Part shown: one piece after another, positions 18,158 to 29,564 of the stretch
Layout: every line of letters starts with the position of its first letter
How positions within the stretch are numbered: position 1 is the first letter of the stretch
NCBI GenBank assembly: GCA_016215405.1
Contig: JACRJQ010000008.1
Location: forward strand, 25,866 to 89,865
Direction: 5' to 3'
DNA: 64,000 bases
From: Candidatus Tayloriibacteriota bacterium
GTDB lineage: Bacteria > Patescibacteriota > Minisyncoccia > Phycocordibacterales > UBA6065
Notes under the pieces: generated by a model
Told to the model about the DNA's origin: nothing
What the model saw: only the letters and a program-made list of their open reading frames with translations
Databases searched by the model: none
Translations under genes and position numbers: made by a program

Positions 18158-18230
18158 TGCGCGTACTAGGATTTGAACCTAGGACCCCATCAGTATCAGT
18201 GATGTGCTCTACCAACTGAGCTATACGCGC
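18158..18230 (-). tRNA. tRNA-Ile(GAU), CCA not encoded, C38
   Basis: GCGCGTATAGCTCAGTTGGTAGAGCACATCA-CTGATAC-TGATGGGGTCCTAGGTTCAAATCCTAGTACGCGCA cloverleaf. Confidence 0.9.
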
Positions 18231-18391
18231 ATATATGGCTGTGCGCATCAGATTTTCGAGAGGAGAGACCCTCATGCCACCTGATACGTGTACATGCTTT
18301 TGCCCGTGAAATATAGCAAAAGCGAGCCTTTTAATCAACAAAAAAGCGCCCGTTCTCTCTACGGGCGCTCTGGAGTTTTTTGGACTCTCGA

Positions 18392-18727
18392 TCACGAGAG
18401 GATCCAGATCCACCACCAGTCGACCGACGGCAAGGGCAGTGCGTGCGCGCCGAGTCCCACGATGAGGACGAGGCGGACGAAGCCGAGACCGAAGTAGAGC
18501 GACGGGAGGAAGAGCCAGAAGATCCAGGGGTGAGCCGGGTCCTCTTTGAGCCATGCGGCGAGTTCGCGATAGACGCCGCGTGCTTTAGGGGCAGAGCACT
18601 TCCACGCGGCAACGATGCCGATGAAGGTCCACATGATCCCTTCGCACGCGAGATCGACGACGAACAGAACGAGACCGACCGCATACTCGACGAACGACTT
18701 TCTCGGGGTGAAGACCTCGAGGTTCAT
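18392..18727 (-). CDS. Hypothetical membrane protein
   Basis: Hydrophobic, Trp-rich ORF; TTGACA/TATAAT promoter at 18803-18830; hairpin near 18340-18380. Confidence 0.55.
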   Translation of the reverse strand: MNLEVFTPRKSFVEYAVGLVLFVVDLACEGIMWTFIGIVAAWKCSAPKARGVYRELAAWLKEDPAHPWIFWLFLPSLYFGLGFVRLVLIVGLGAHALPLPSVDWWWIWILS

Positions 18728-18899
18728 GATGTAATGGGGGTTGAATTTCCGTGCCTTGGCAAAGGGAGTCCCTCTCTCGAGGTTCCCGGACTTATTGTAT
18801 CTATTATATCTAATATATATAATTTGTCAAGTGCCCTGCCCCGCGCAAAAAAAAGGCGCCTCGGATGGAGGACGCCTCGTAGATGGCTTTTACGGGCCA

Positions 18900-19106
18900 T
18901 CAGGCCGTAGCGATCGTGCCGATCGACTGGTCGCAAAGGGTGGCGTGGGAGAAGGGATTCTCCAGCACGAGCCTCTTTGGGGCCGTGGTCGATTGTGTGG
19001 ACTTCGGAGCCGGCCAGCTCTTCGCAGGGCTTGTGAGCGCTGAGGGAGCTGGCCAGTTCTTGGGTTGCTGATCGCTTGAAGGAGCGGGACGGGCGGGAGG
19101 ATTCAT
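18900..19106 (-). CDS. Hypothetical small Pro-rich peptide
   Basis: Repeated K(N/S)WPAP; TTGACA promoter in AT-rich DNA at about 19127-19154; hairpin downstream. Confidence 0.35.
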   Translation of the reverse strand: MNPPARPAPSSDQQPKNWPAPSALTSPAKSWPAPKSTQSTTAPKRLVLENPFSHATLCDQSIGTIATA

Positions 19107-19355
19107 GTGATTCGGTATGTATCTATATCATATCATATTATACACTTTTGTCAACAACCCTTCGGACATGAGAAAACCGCCCTTTCGGGCGGTTTTCTTC
19201 GCAAATATGTATACTGTCCTCTATTTTGTTCCGTTCTGGTCGTAGGTTCTTCCCCTACATCCATGCAGTTTAAGGTGTCTGCAAAACCCGGATGCTAGGC
19301 ATCCGATCGACTCCGTTAGCTTTCATCCAAAAAGGACGAAGAGCGTGTTTTCACT

Positions 19356-20857
<1,502 letters not shown>

Positions 20858-21260
20858 ACCGCAGATGGAGATCCCGAAGGACTTCTATCTGAGGCGAACG
20901 GAACAAAATAGATCACAGTATGCGAACTATCTTCTTCCTGGGAGATTCACGGGTGCTTTCCCGCCTCCACGATCCTATGGAGCATGGGGTCGAAAGCCCT
21001 CTTACAAATTTTCATTTGAATAGAGCCTACCCTCATGCTTATATCCGAAGAATACACTTGAACTTGCACAATACAGTTAGGATACTGTTTTACCAGTACA
21101 CTTTAACTTGCATTTGTTCTCTCCGCCGTGGCCAATGTGGCCCGGCGGAATTGATTATCTCAATATTTCAACGATCTCCTCACTAAGAGACCGAGGGAAT
21201 CAAAAAGTGCTTTACCAGCACTTTCTGACGTCCCACAAGGCTCTCAATGAGGTAAGGGTA

Positions 21261-21288
21261 AGTATACCCACGGCCGCGAAGGAGTCAA
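21261..21288 (-). promoter_or_regulatory. 16S rRNA promoter
   Basis: TTGACT-N16-TATACT; same hexamers and spacing as the 23S promoter. Confidence 0.7.
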
Positions 21289-21361
21289 GCCCTAAGACGC
21301 AGTAAAGGCAAAAGCGCCATAGAACGGCGCTTTTGCTCGCTATCTCGCGACTCGAAGATCC

Positions 21362-21532
21362 CTAGCTCTGGCCGCCCTTCCTACCAGCTTCCCTCGCCTT
21401 CTCGGGATCGTTCGCGAAGTTACCTGGGTTGTTCTCCTTGCCTTGGCTCTGTCCGCCCTTCGAAGCGATATCTCGCTGCTGCTCCGGGTCCATTCCCGCG
21501 AACCCTCGTCCGTTGTTATTTTCGTTAGCCAT
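21362..21532 (-). CDS. KGG-repeat general stress protein (YciG/Con-10-like)
   Basis: MANENNNGRGFAGMDPEQQRDIASKGGQSQGKENNPGNFANDPEKAREAGRKGGQS, 56 aa; not in the ORF track. Confidence 0.9.
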   Translation of the reverse strand: MANENNNGRGFAGMDPEQQRDIASKGGQSQGKENNPGNFANDPEKAREAGRKGGQS

Positions 21533-21678
21533 AGATGTTTTCTATCGGTGAGATTTTAATGTTCTTTGGAGCGGACCGCCCGCGCATCCGAGAACCGGTC
21601 CGCATCGATAATACGACGGGAACGCGACATTTATTTCATCTTCATCCGTGGCGGGCGGCTATGCGCGCCGCGCGAGAG

Positions 21679-23157
21679 CTAGAATATCTCAGACGTCACG
21701 CCCGAATACGCGTCGAGTATCGCTCCTTTCTCCTTCATGAGGTACTCGAGCTCGTCCTCGATGACGACGCCTTGTTCCAATAGATAGTTATGGCTCGCGT
21801 CGGCGGGATTCGCGAGATATGAATCGTATTCGTTCTTCTTGCGCGACCAAAGCGAGACCTTTGCCTCGTATTCCTTCTCCTTGAGAGCGCTTCGGGCCGC
21901 GAGCTCTCTGAGGGTCTTTTTCTGGTAGTCGCCGAGGGCCTCTATCGAGCGTTCCTCGTTCACGACGAAGACGTTGAAGGCGTGCGCCTGAGACTTGAGA
22001 AAATCCATCGCGCCGTAAAGCCCCTGAGCGGCGATCTTGAGCTTATTGAGATAGAGCTTGGTGACCTTGCCGTCCTGGTCTCCAGCGAGCCTTGAATTGA
22101 AGCTGTCAAAAGAGTTCTTGCCGGAAGAGATGGCGATCGCGTAATCGATGGCCGCGCTATTTCTCGTGCCGTCGAAGATGGCGTCGATCTGGCCGCGGAC
22201 GAGAGCCTCGTCAGGGGTGCGGAACCGCTTGTCCTTATAGAGTCTCATTCCCGCCGTTATCTGGGATAGGGTCGAGCGCAAGGAGCTCGACGTGACAGAG
22301 TACTTCAGACACGTCTTCATCTCCTCGAGGACCTTGCACGAGGACTTGTCCGGTATGCCTATGAACGCGCCGGACCTATCGAAGATCGCGCCGCCGTTAT
22401 CGAGAGGCTTCCTGTCTACTGCGACCTCGATAGAATCCGAGCCTGCGCGCGAGACGACGCCCGAGAGGAACGGCTCTCCGCCTGACCCGCCTTTCGTTGA
22501 AGGCATCCCGGCGACATAGACTCGGTCTCCCTGCTTTGCCGTCGACTGCGATCCGAGCTCTATCGGGCGATATGTCCCCTTCTCGGAGATCTTCACTACC
22601 GCCGCGCCTCGAGCCTCGTCGAGGCCTACGAGCCGCGCGGCCTTTCTCGATCCGTTCGAGAGGATGACCGTGACGTCTTCGACGACGCCCGTGACGGATT
22701 TGTCCGCGCCTTCGATCCACACACCGTAGGCAGGCACGAGTATGCGGCCCTCGGCGTCTATGATGACACCGCTCGAAGACGTCGTGGCGGTCTCGACCAC
22801 GACGAGCGACTGCTTCACCTTAGCGAGGACTTCCTTGTCGGAAGCGCTTCCGGCGGCGGACGCCGGCTTCGCCGCTGGTTCGACCTTCTTCTCTTCGACC
22901 TCTTTCACTCCCGCCGCCCGCAGCTTCTTTTGAGCCTCCTGGAGCTTGTCCTCGAGCTCGGCGATCCTCTTATAGAGGTCGCTTACTGTAGGCGTCGCGA
23001 CGATGACCTCGTCGGTCGTGCTCGCCGATCCGAGGACGGCTTCGGAGGTCGTCTCCTTCTGGAAAGCCTTCCATGTGGAAGGCTTCCACCAAGCGGCTTC
23101 TGCCGCCGACGGAAAGACGAGGATCGCGAGAAGGAATAAAGATACGGTCTTTGCCAT
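21679..23157 (-). CDS. Secreted protein with degenerate trypsin-like (HtrA-type) domain
   Basis: Signal peptide, WWKPSTW, coiled coil, SSGVIID..G.IL, GDRVYVAG.P, NGGAIFD..G.FIGI; catalytic His/Ser apparently lost. Confidence 0.7.
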   Translation of the reverse strand: MAKTVSLFLLAILVFPSAAEAAWWKPSTWKAFQKETTSEAVLGSASTTDEVIVATPTVSDLYKRIAELEDKLQEAQKKLRAAGVKEVEEKKVEPAAKPASAAGSASDKEVLAKVKQSLVVVETATTSSSGVIIDAEGRILVPAYGVWIEGADKSVTGVVEDVTVILSNGSRKAARLVGLDEARGAAVVKISEKGTYRPIELGSQSTAKQGDRVYVAGMPSTKGGSGGEPFLSGVVSRAGSDSIEVAVDRKPLDNGGAIFDRSGAFIGIPDKSSCKVLEEMKTCLKYSVTSSSLRSTLSQITAGMRLYKDKRFRTPDEALVRGQIDAIFDGTRNSAAIDYAIAISSGKNSFDSFNSRLAGDQDGKVTKLYLNKLKIAAQGLYGAMDFLKSQAHAFNVFVVNEERSIEALGDYQKKTLRELAARSALKEKEYEAKVSLWSRKKNEYDSYLANPADASHNYLLEQGVVIEDELEYLMKEKGAILDAYSGVTSEIF

Positions 23158-23284
23158 AGTGCTATAAATCTACTCCTTGAGGGGTAAAAAGCAATAAAGG
23201 CTCTTCCCTAGCCCGGCATCCGCTCAGGCTTTCTCGTCCCACACTAGATTAAAAGACCTCCGCAATGGAGGTCCTTTGATCTAG

Positions 23285-23366
23285 TGTCGTGGGAGGGACT
23301 CGAACCCTCAACCTTTGCAGGATGCGCTTCTGAGACGCACGCGTATACCAGTTCCGCCACCACGAC
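23285..23366 (-). tRNA. tRNA-Leu(CAG)
   Basis: GTCGTGGTGGCGGAACTGGTATACGCGTGCGT-CTCAGAA-GCGCATCCTGCAAAGGTTGAGGGTTCGAGTCCCTCCCACGACA; long variable arm. Confidence 0.93.
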
Positions 23367-23421
23367 ATAGAAAGCCATCATGACCGACTCTATCAGAACT
23401 TTCTCCGCCGATAAAGAAGCC

Positions 23422-24114
23422 CTAGGCGCGCCCCTCCTTAGAGGCTTCTCCTACGGACGCGAAAGGCGCCTTCATAGGCTCCCATATATAGAGGACGAGG
23501 GAGAAGGCCGCCACCTGCGAGAACATGCGCAGCCTGCGCCAGAAACCCTTAAAGAACCCGTATTTCTCCTCTTTCGAGAAATGCCTGAGGGAAGGCACGA
23601 TCTCGTAGCCTGTCCCCTTCCCGTACCTGCGAGCGGCGTAGTTTAAGGCGAGCTCGATCCGAAACCCTTTCTTGTGGTTCGCCGGGATCTTATACCAGAG
23701 GCTTTTGACGAGGGCGCGCTGCCCCGACAGGACGGGCGATATATAGAAAAGCTTTTTCGAGAAGACGAGGGGCCTCGCGAAGATCCCTACGTGCATATCG
23801 AGCCTCCCAGAGACTACAGGATCTATGATGACGGAGAGCTTCTCGTACGTCATCCCGAGGACGTCGGCGTCGAGGAATAGGATGATATCGCTTTTGGCCG
23901 CCTTGACCCCGATCTCCATCGCGTTCGCCTTGCCAGAATTCTCCGAAAGGCGGATCACCTTCGCGCCTGCCTGAGCGGCTATCCGGGAGGTCCCGTCCTT
24001 CGAGCCGTCATCGACCACGATCACCTCTTCGATGCGAGGGTGGCCGACGACGGCCTTCACCGCCTCGCCTATCGTGCTCTCTTCGTTATATGCCGGGATT
24101 ATCGCTGAGACCAT
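23422..24114 (-). CDS. Glycosyltransferase family 2
   Basis: SAIIPAYNEE, VVDDGSKD, GKA, FLDAD, LSGQRA. Confidence 0.9.
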   Translation of the reverse strand: MVSAIIPAYNEESTIGEAVKAVVGHPRIEEVIVVDDGSKDGTSRIAAQAGAKVIRLSENSGKANAMEIGVKAAKSDIILFLDADVLGMTYEKLSVIIDPVVSGRLDMHVGIFARPLVFSKKLFYISPVLSGQRALVKSLWYKIPANHKKGFRIELALNYAARRYGKGTGYEIVPSLRHFSKEEKYGFFKGFWRRLRMFSQVAAFSLVLYIWEPMKAPFASVGEASKEGRA

Positions 24115-24689
24115 GTTCTTTTGAATAGTGCGCCCAATATGAGATGCGCCGCGACGAGGAACGCCACGAAGACGAGGAACGCGACCTCGAGGCCATGGAC
24201 GAGATCGGTGAGGTTCGACAGCGAGAACTCGATCGAATACGCGAGAAGGGCGATGAAAACCGTGAGCGATAGTATGCCGAGAAAGTTCACCGAGAGATAT
24301 CTGCGGAGCGGCATCCTCTGGCTCCCGGCGAGTATCTGCGCGGCGACCCGGACCCCGTACACGAATTTAGAGAAATACAGGACGACGGACGACCTCTTCA
24401 TAAAGGCGCCCGAGAGCATATCTGCCCCTTTTTTAACCCGGGCGTTCACGAGCCTTCCGTAAAACCGGTCTTTCATATGGAGGCCGACATAGTACCAAGC
24501 GAGGTCGGCGAGAGTCGTCGCCGCGACGGCGACAGCCACGACATAGGGCATCGAGAGCTTACCCGCCAGGGCGAAATACACCGCAGGGAGAAGGACCGCC
24601 TCGCCGGCGAATATGAGCCCAACGAATATGAAGATATACGGGTGGAGGCTCGCCGTATCAAGGATGCTCTGAAAATATGATTCGATCAT
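24099..24689 (-). CDS. DedA/VTT-domain membrane protein
   Basis: GEAVL, ADLAWYYVG, SKFVYGVR. Confidence 0.8.
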   Translation of the reverse strand: MIESYFQSILDTASLHPYIFIFVGLIFAGEAVLLPAVYFALAGKLSMPYVVAVAVAATTLADLAWYYVGLHMKDRFYGRLVNARVKKGADMLSGAFMKRSSVVLYFSKFVYGVRVAAQILAGSQRMPLRRYLSVNFLGILSLTVFIALLAYSIEFSLSNLTDLVHGLEVAFLVFVAFLVAAHLILGALFKRTWSQR

Positions 24690-24732
24690 GTCCTGGTATT
24701 ATATCGGCCCGCGACCCTCGCCCCAAGCTCTA

Positions 24733-26262
24733 TTAGGAGCCTGTGTAAAGCGATATTATGGCGGGTACCGACCAGAGCTTGCCCCCGGATCTCCTCGCGA
24801 ACACAGCGACGTCGGTCCTGCCCTCCCCCTCTTCATAGCGGAACTCTACCGTCGCAGATGCGCCTCTTTCAGATATCCGCGCCTCGGCGGGACCCTGAGA
24901 CAGGACTACGTACTTGTATTCGTACCCCGTCTCGCGACCGTCCGCCGAGAGCGCCGTCGCCCTTAGCGCGATAGAGCGATTCCCGCCTACGTCGAGCCTC
25001 CGAGCGACGGCGCCGGGAGTCTCGAAGAGCGCCTCCGCGTCGTCGAACGTCTCCGATGCCACGGACAGCTCGACGAGGGGCGGCACATCAGAGAGGGCGA
25101 GGCCGTTTATGGAGTCGACGAGCTTGCTTGCGTCGTATGCCGGTCGGACCGACCCTCCCTCGAGCCTATGGGCGAGATACGAGCTGCCGTGAGAAAGCTC
25201 GCTTCGAAGATAGCCGTCGTCCGAATCCACAGAGTAGTGGGAATAGCGGATCATCGCCTGTAGCGTGGGGATGAGCATCCCTTTCGCGGCCAAAGCCTTC
25301 TTTACATCGGGGCGGAAAGCGGCGAGGCCCGCGAATCCGAGCTCGACGAAAGCCAGGTCGCTCCCCGATGCGTCATGGATCCTCAGGCTCCCCGCGCCGC
25401 AATCGCATATCTGCTTCGAGCCTATGACATACGGGGTATTCGCGATATTAGCCGTCGCCTGGTCTACCTCCGACGGATCCTCAAGAAGCCCTTTATCGTA
25501 AGGGTCGCCCGCGAAAGAATCGTCCGAAAGAGAGGGATAGATATAGAGATTATTGCCTCTATAAAGCCTGTAGAAGGCTTCTGTACCAGACTGGCTCCTG
25601 TACATCGCATAGGGGATGCCGTGCTTGACGGAGCCTTCGGTCGACCCGCTATACGACGCCTGCCCTATAGTGGGCTGAGGAGATACCGAGGTCGCCCTGC
25701 CTCCCGACCCGATCCTCCAATCGTGCTGCGGAAAGAGACGATGCTCGGGCGGGCAGTCGGGGGCAGGCGTCCAGCCCACGCAGAAGTTCACGTGAAGGCC
25801 GTCTCGATTATCGTAGAGGTCGCCCGCATTCCCTGCAGCCTTGCCCGACGCGTAGAGGGCGTTGAGCTTCTTGCAGGTCTCGATATCTATCATCTTCGAA
25901 GGGCTATACCCATCGGACCCGAAAGCCGATTCGTTGCAGACGGCGCTCTTCGCGCCGTCCGTCGAAGCCTCGGCCTGAGCCGCCCCTGCGCTAGTCGGAG
26001 ACGTCGTTCCTTCGGCGCTTTGAGAAGTCGAAGCGAGGCTCGCTTCGCGCGTGCGCGTAGACCCGATGGAAGTAGAGCCCAAGCCAGGGCGCGCGGTCGA
26101 GGGCGATGGCGCGAGGACCTTAAACCGCTCCGGCACGGATATGGACGAGAAATCGGCCGAAGCCTCGCTCCCGGCCCGCGGAGAGAGACTCGCTCTCATG
26201 CCAAATATGCCCGCTGCGACGGCTATGATTATGAGCGCTGATAATATGGCTTTCGTCTGCAT
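24733..26262 (-). CDS. Hypothetical exported protein
   Basis: N-terminal TM, Ser/Thr/Ala linker, AAGNAGDLYDNRDGLH, HDASGSD. Confidence 0.7.
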   Translation of the reverse strand: MQTKAILSALIIIAVAAGIFGMRASLSPRAGSEASADFSSISVPERFKVLAPSPSTARPGLGSTSIGSTRTREASLASTSQSAEGTTSPTSAGAAQAEASTDGAKSAVCNESAFGSDGYSPSKMIDIETCKKLNALYASGKAAGNAGDLYDNRDGLHVNFCVGWTPAPDCPPEHRLFPQHDWRIGSGGRATSVSPQPTIGQASYSGSTEGSVKHGIPYAMYRSQSGTEAFYRLYRGNNLYIYPSLSDDSFAGDPYDKGLLEDPSEVDQATANIANTPYVIGSKQICDCGAGSLRIHDASGSDLAFVELGFAGLAAFRPDVKKALAAKGMLIPTLQAMIRYSHYSVDSDDGYLRSELSHGSSYLAHRLEGGSVRPAYDASKLVDSINGLALSDVPPLVELSVASETFDDAEALFETPGAVARRLDVGGNRSIALRATALSADGRETGYEYKYVVLSQGPAEARISERGASATVEFRYEEGEGRTDVAVFARRSGGKLWSVPAIISLYTGS

Positions 26263-26296
26263 ACCTATCTAGTACGTAAGGTGCCGTCGTTTTCAG

Positions 26297-26335
26297 TCAA
26301 AAAGAAAGCCGCGCTCCGCGCGGCTTTCTTTTTGA
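26297..26335. terminator. Intrinsic terminator after secF
   Basis: AAAAAGAAAGCCGCG...CGCGGCTTTCTTTTT. Confidence 0.75.
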
Positions 26336-26347
26336 AGGGTCGGCGGG

Positions 26348-27241
26348 TTAGGACCTCCTCTGCCACTTGAACACCGTGACGAGGAGGGGCGATCCGAGGA
26401 ATATGGACGAGTACGTTCCGGCGGTGATCCCCACGAGGAGCGCGAGGGCGAAATGCTTCGTCGCTTCGGGTCCGACGACGTAAAGGACGGCTATGGCGAT
26501 AAGGGTCGTAAGGGACGTGTTGATAGAACGGACGAACGTCTGGCCTATCGACTCGCCGACGATGGCGTCGAAGGATTTCCTGTCACCGTGGGCCCTTAGA
26601 TTCTCCCTCACGCGATCGAAGACGACGATAGTGTCATGGATAGAGAAGCCGAGGATGACGAGGAGGGCGGTCACGAAGAGAGTGTCCACCTCGACCCCCG
26701 AGAAGCGGCCGAGCGCCGCGAACAGGCCTGCGGGGATGAGGATGTCGTGCAAGAGCGCGACGATGGCGATAAGGCCGTACTTCCACGACGACACAGGCTT
26801 AGACACCTTCCTAAAGACGAAAGCTATGAAAAGGACGATGGCGATGAGGACGAGGACGATGGACATCCACGACTTCTCGAGAGCCTCCTTTCCCAAGATA
26901 GGGCCTACCGAATCGAATCTCTTCTCGGTAAGCGCCGCTCCGCCGCCCAAAGCGGCGAGGACGGCGTTATGAGCTTCGGGAGAGAGTTCCTGGGTCCTTA
27001 AGATATAGCCCGCCGACCCAGTCTCTCGTATCGAATACTCGCCGAGCTTGAGAGCCTCGAGCTTCGGCCTGAGATTTTCGGCCGTAGGCCTGGTCGAAGT
27101 GCCGTATTCGACCTCGATGATGGAACCTCCCTTGAAATCGATTCCCGGCCTAAGTCCCCACGCGAAGATCGCGTAAAGTGATGCTATGACGAGCGCCGCG
27201 GAGACTGCGTAGAAGAATTTCCTGTGCGTGACTATGAACAT
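26348..27241 (-). CDS. secF: Protein translocase subunit SecF
   Basis: GIDFKGG, SVGP, HD, DTIVVFDRVREN, RSINTS, GTYSSIF. Confidence 0.96.
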   Translation of the reverse strand: MFIVTHRKFFYAVSAALVIASLYAIFAWGLRPGIDFKGGSIIEVEYGTSTRPTAENLRPKLEALKLGEYSIRETGSAGYILRTQELSPEAHNAVLAALGGGAALTEKRFDSVGPILGKEALEKSWMSIVLVLIAIVLFIAFVFRKVSKPVSSWKYGLIAIVALLHDILIPAGLFAALGRFSGVEVDTLFVTALLVILGFSIHDTIVVFDRVRENLRAHGDRKSFDAIVGESIGQTFVRSINTSLTTLIAIAVLYVVGPEATKHFALALLVGITAGTYSSIFLGSPLLVTVFKWQRRS

Positions 27242-27248
27242 GGCGGTA

Positions 27249-28580
27249 TTAGTTAGCTTTCTTTGCTATGAATCCGGAACCGAAGAAGAACCTCGCGAGA
27301 GCGCCATCGCCCTTAGCGCCGACCGCCATGAGGATCGTCCTCGACGCGGTGAGCGCCGTGAACATAGAGACGACGACGCCGAGCCCGAAGACGAGAGCGA
27401 AGCCTTTTATCATGGGCGTCGAGGCAAAATAGTAGAGGATCACCGCGGTTATTATCGAAGAGAGGTTGGAATCACGGATAGAGAGCCATGCTCGATGGAA
27501 GCCCTCCTTGATCGCGTCAGGGAGAGAAAGGCCCTTCTTAAGCTCTTCCTTCATTCGCTCGAAGATGAGTATGTTCGCATCGACCGCCATGCCGAGGGTA
27601 AGGATGAAGCCTGCGATGCCTGCGGCGGTAAGAGTAACCGGGATGAGCTTGAAGAGGGCGAGGTTAAGGGCTACGTATATGGAGAGCGCGAGCGCCGCGA
27701 CGAGTCCGGGCACGCGGTACCAAACGACGAGGAACACAGAGACGGCGATAAAGGCGATGAGTCCGGCGAAGAGCGACGCCTCGAGGGCGTCTTTGCCCAA
27801 GGTCGCGCCCACGGTCTGGGTAGAAGCGAGCGACACCGGAACGGGAAGGGCTCCGTAGTTGAGGTCGCGCACGAGGCTGCGAGCCTCTTCTACCTTGAAG
27901 GAGCCGTTGATAACGGCCTGTCCGCTCTCGATCGAGCTCTCGATGACCGGCATGGATATCGGCGCCCCATCGAGGAATATCGCAAGGACCTTCCCGACAT
28001 TCTCCTTGGTGATCTTGGCGAAGAGGTCCGCTCCCTCCTTATTGAACTCTATGCCCACGCGCGGCGCATAGGTCGTCTGGTCGAATTCGAGGCGGGCTCG
28101 AGAGAGGTACCTGCCCGTAAGGCCGGTCGTGACGAATATATCGTCATAGGTCGCGGAGAGCCTCTCTGCATCCGTAAGGTTCTCGGAGCCCGGCTTTACG
28201 AGCCTGAAATCGAGGGTCGGGGTCTTGCCTATCATGTCTACCGCGGTCTTCACATCGGTGACGCCCGGGAGCTCGACGATGAGCCTATGGACCGTATTGC
28301 CGACGGTGCCGCCGGTCTCTACCTGTACCAGGGGCTCCGAGACGCCGAAGAGGTTTACGCGGCGTTCGACGACGTCGGCGAGAGACTGCATAGCGTCTTT
28401 CGCCTCGCTCTCGCCGAGCTTCGAGGTATCGGCGTCAAAGACGAGATGGGTCCCGCCCGAAAGATCGAGGCCGAGGCGGTATGGGAAGCGAGAATCCTCG
28501 CCCGCCTTATCGTAGGTAAAGTATCCGACGGCTGCCGCGAGTGCGATAAGGACCAGGGCAGAGATTCTTTTTTTCCACAT
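27249..28580 (-). CDS. secD: Protein translocase subunit SecD
   Basis: LGLDLSGG, ERRVN..GVSEP, GMAVDANILIFER, IRDSN. Confidence 0.96.
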   Translation of the reverse strand: MWKKRISALVLIALAAAVGYFTYDKAGEDSRFPYRLGLDLSGGTHLVFDADTSKLGESEAKDAMQSLADVVERRVNLFGVSEPLVQVETGGTVGNTVHRLIVELPGVTDVKTAVDMIGKTPTLDFRLVKPGSENLTDAERLSATYDDIFVTTGLTGRYLSRARLEFDQTTYAPRVGIEFNKEGADLFAKITKENVGKVLAIFLDGAPISMPVIESSIESGQAVINGSFKVEEARSLVRDLNYGALPVPVSLASTQTVGATLGKDALEASLFAGLIAFIAVSVFLVVWYRVPGLVAALALSIYVALNLALFKLIPVTLTAAGIAGFILTLGMAVDANILIFERMKEELKKGLSLPDAIKEGFHRAWLSIRDSNLSSIITAVILYYFASTPMIKGFALVFGLGVVVSMFTALTASRTILMAVGAKGDGALARFFFGSGFIAKKAN

Positions 28581-28678
28581 AATCGTTACGGTGTTTGTAA
28601 TGTAGGGCTATACTAGCCCCTTTTTCCCTATTTTGCAAAAGAAGATCCGCAGGCACGACGCCCGCGGATCCTTCGAAG

Positions 28679-29506
28679 CTACGCCTGCCTCGACCGTATC
28701 TCTTCGTTCACCTTAAGGACCGCCTCGAGGAGCCTCGGCCTGTATCCCGCCTTCGCCGAAGCTTTGACTATGGCGTTCACGTCCTTAGGCAGGCATTTGC
28801 CGCCAAATCCCCTGTCGTCCTCATAGACGAGAGTATGTGACCGGCTGTTGCGCCCGTCTAAGAGCCAGAGCTCGCGGAGCTCGTCGTAATCGACGCCGAG
28901 GGTCTCGGCGATGTTGTAGAACTCGTTGCAGAACGTTACATTCGTAGCAAGAAAGCTGTTCTCCATGTATTTCACGAGCTCCGCGGTCGTGCTGTCTGTT
29001 ATCTCATAGACGACGTCTGCGCCGAGGACGCGCTTGAAAAAACCCAATATCTTACGGGCGTAGGACCGCTCGCCGCCGATGATGACGAAGCTATGGAGCT
29101 TCATGTCGGTCGGATGGGGATGCCCCTTCCAGAAGGGCACGCTGTAATTGCCCTCCCCTATATATTCCGGAGAGAACGCTATCTTCCTCTTGTGCTTCTT
29201 GGAGAGGGCCTCTGTGGTTCCCGGCGGGATCGTGCTCTTTATGAGGACGAGCGGGACGGAAAGCCATGCAAAGGTGTCGTCTATCGCGGAGAGGTCAGCC
29301 GATCCATCCTTTCCCATAGGCGTAGGGACGCAGACCACGGCGAGCTCCGCCCTTTTATTTATCTCCTGCTTCGAAGCCGAGATGCCAGGAGAAGCAACGT
29401 CGTAGATAAGGACTTCGAAGTGGTCCTTAAAGAACCTCTCGACTGCCTTGCCGACGTAACCGTGGCCTATGACGGCCACAGCCTTCCTCCTCGTCTCTGT
29501 TTTCAT
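28679..29506 (-). CDS. UDP-glucose/GDP-mannose dehydrogenase family, short form
   Basis: GHGYVG, CVPTP, KSTIPPGT, SPEY, AELVKY, GFGGKCLPKD; no C-terminal domain. Confidence 0.85.
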   Translation of the reverse strand: MKTETRRKAVAVIGHGYVGKAVERFFKDHFEVLIYDVASPGISASKQEINKRAELAVVCVPTPMGKDGSADLSAIDDTFAWLSVPLVLIKSTIPPGTTEALSKKHKRKIAFSPEYIGEGNYSVPFWKGHPHPTDMKLHSFVIIGGERSYARKILGFFKRVLGADVVYEITDSTTAELVKYMENSFLATNVTFCNEFYNIAETLGVDYDELRELWLLDGRNSRSHTLVYEDDRGFGGKCLPKDVNAIVKASAKAGYRPRLLEAVLKVNEEIRSRQA

Positions 29507-29564
29507 GATCGTAGATAGGGCTATGGATAATGCCTTCCCTACAACCCTTCGGACGAAAGGAAGG

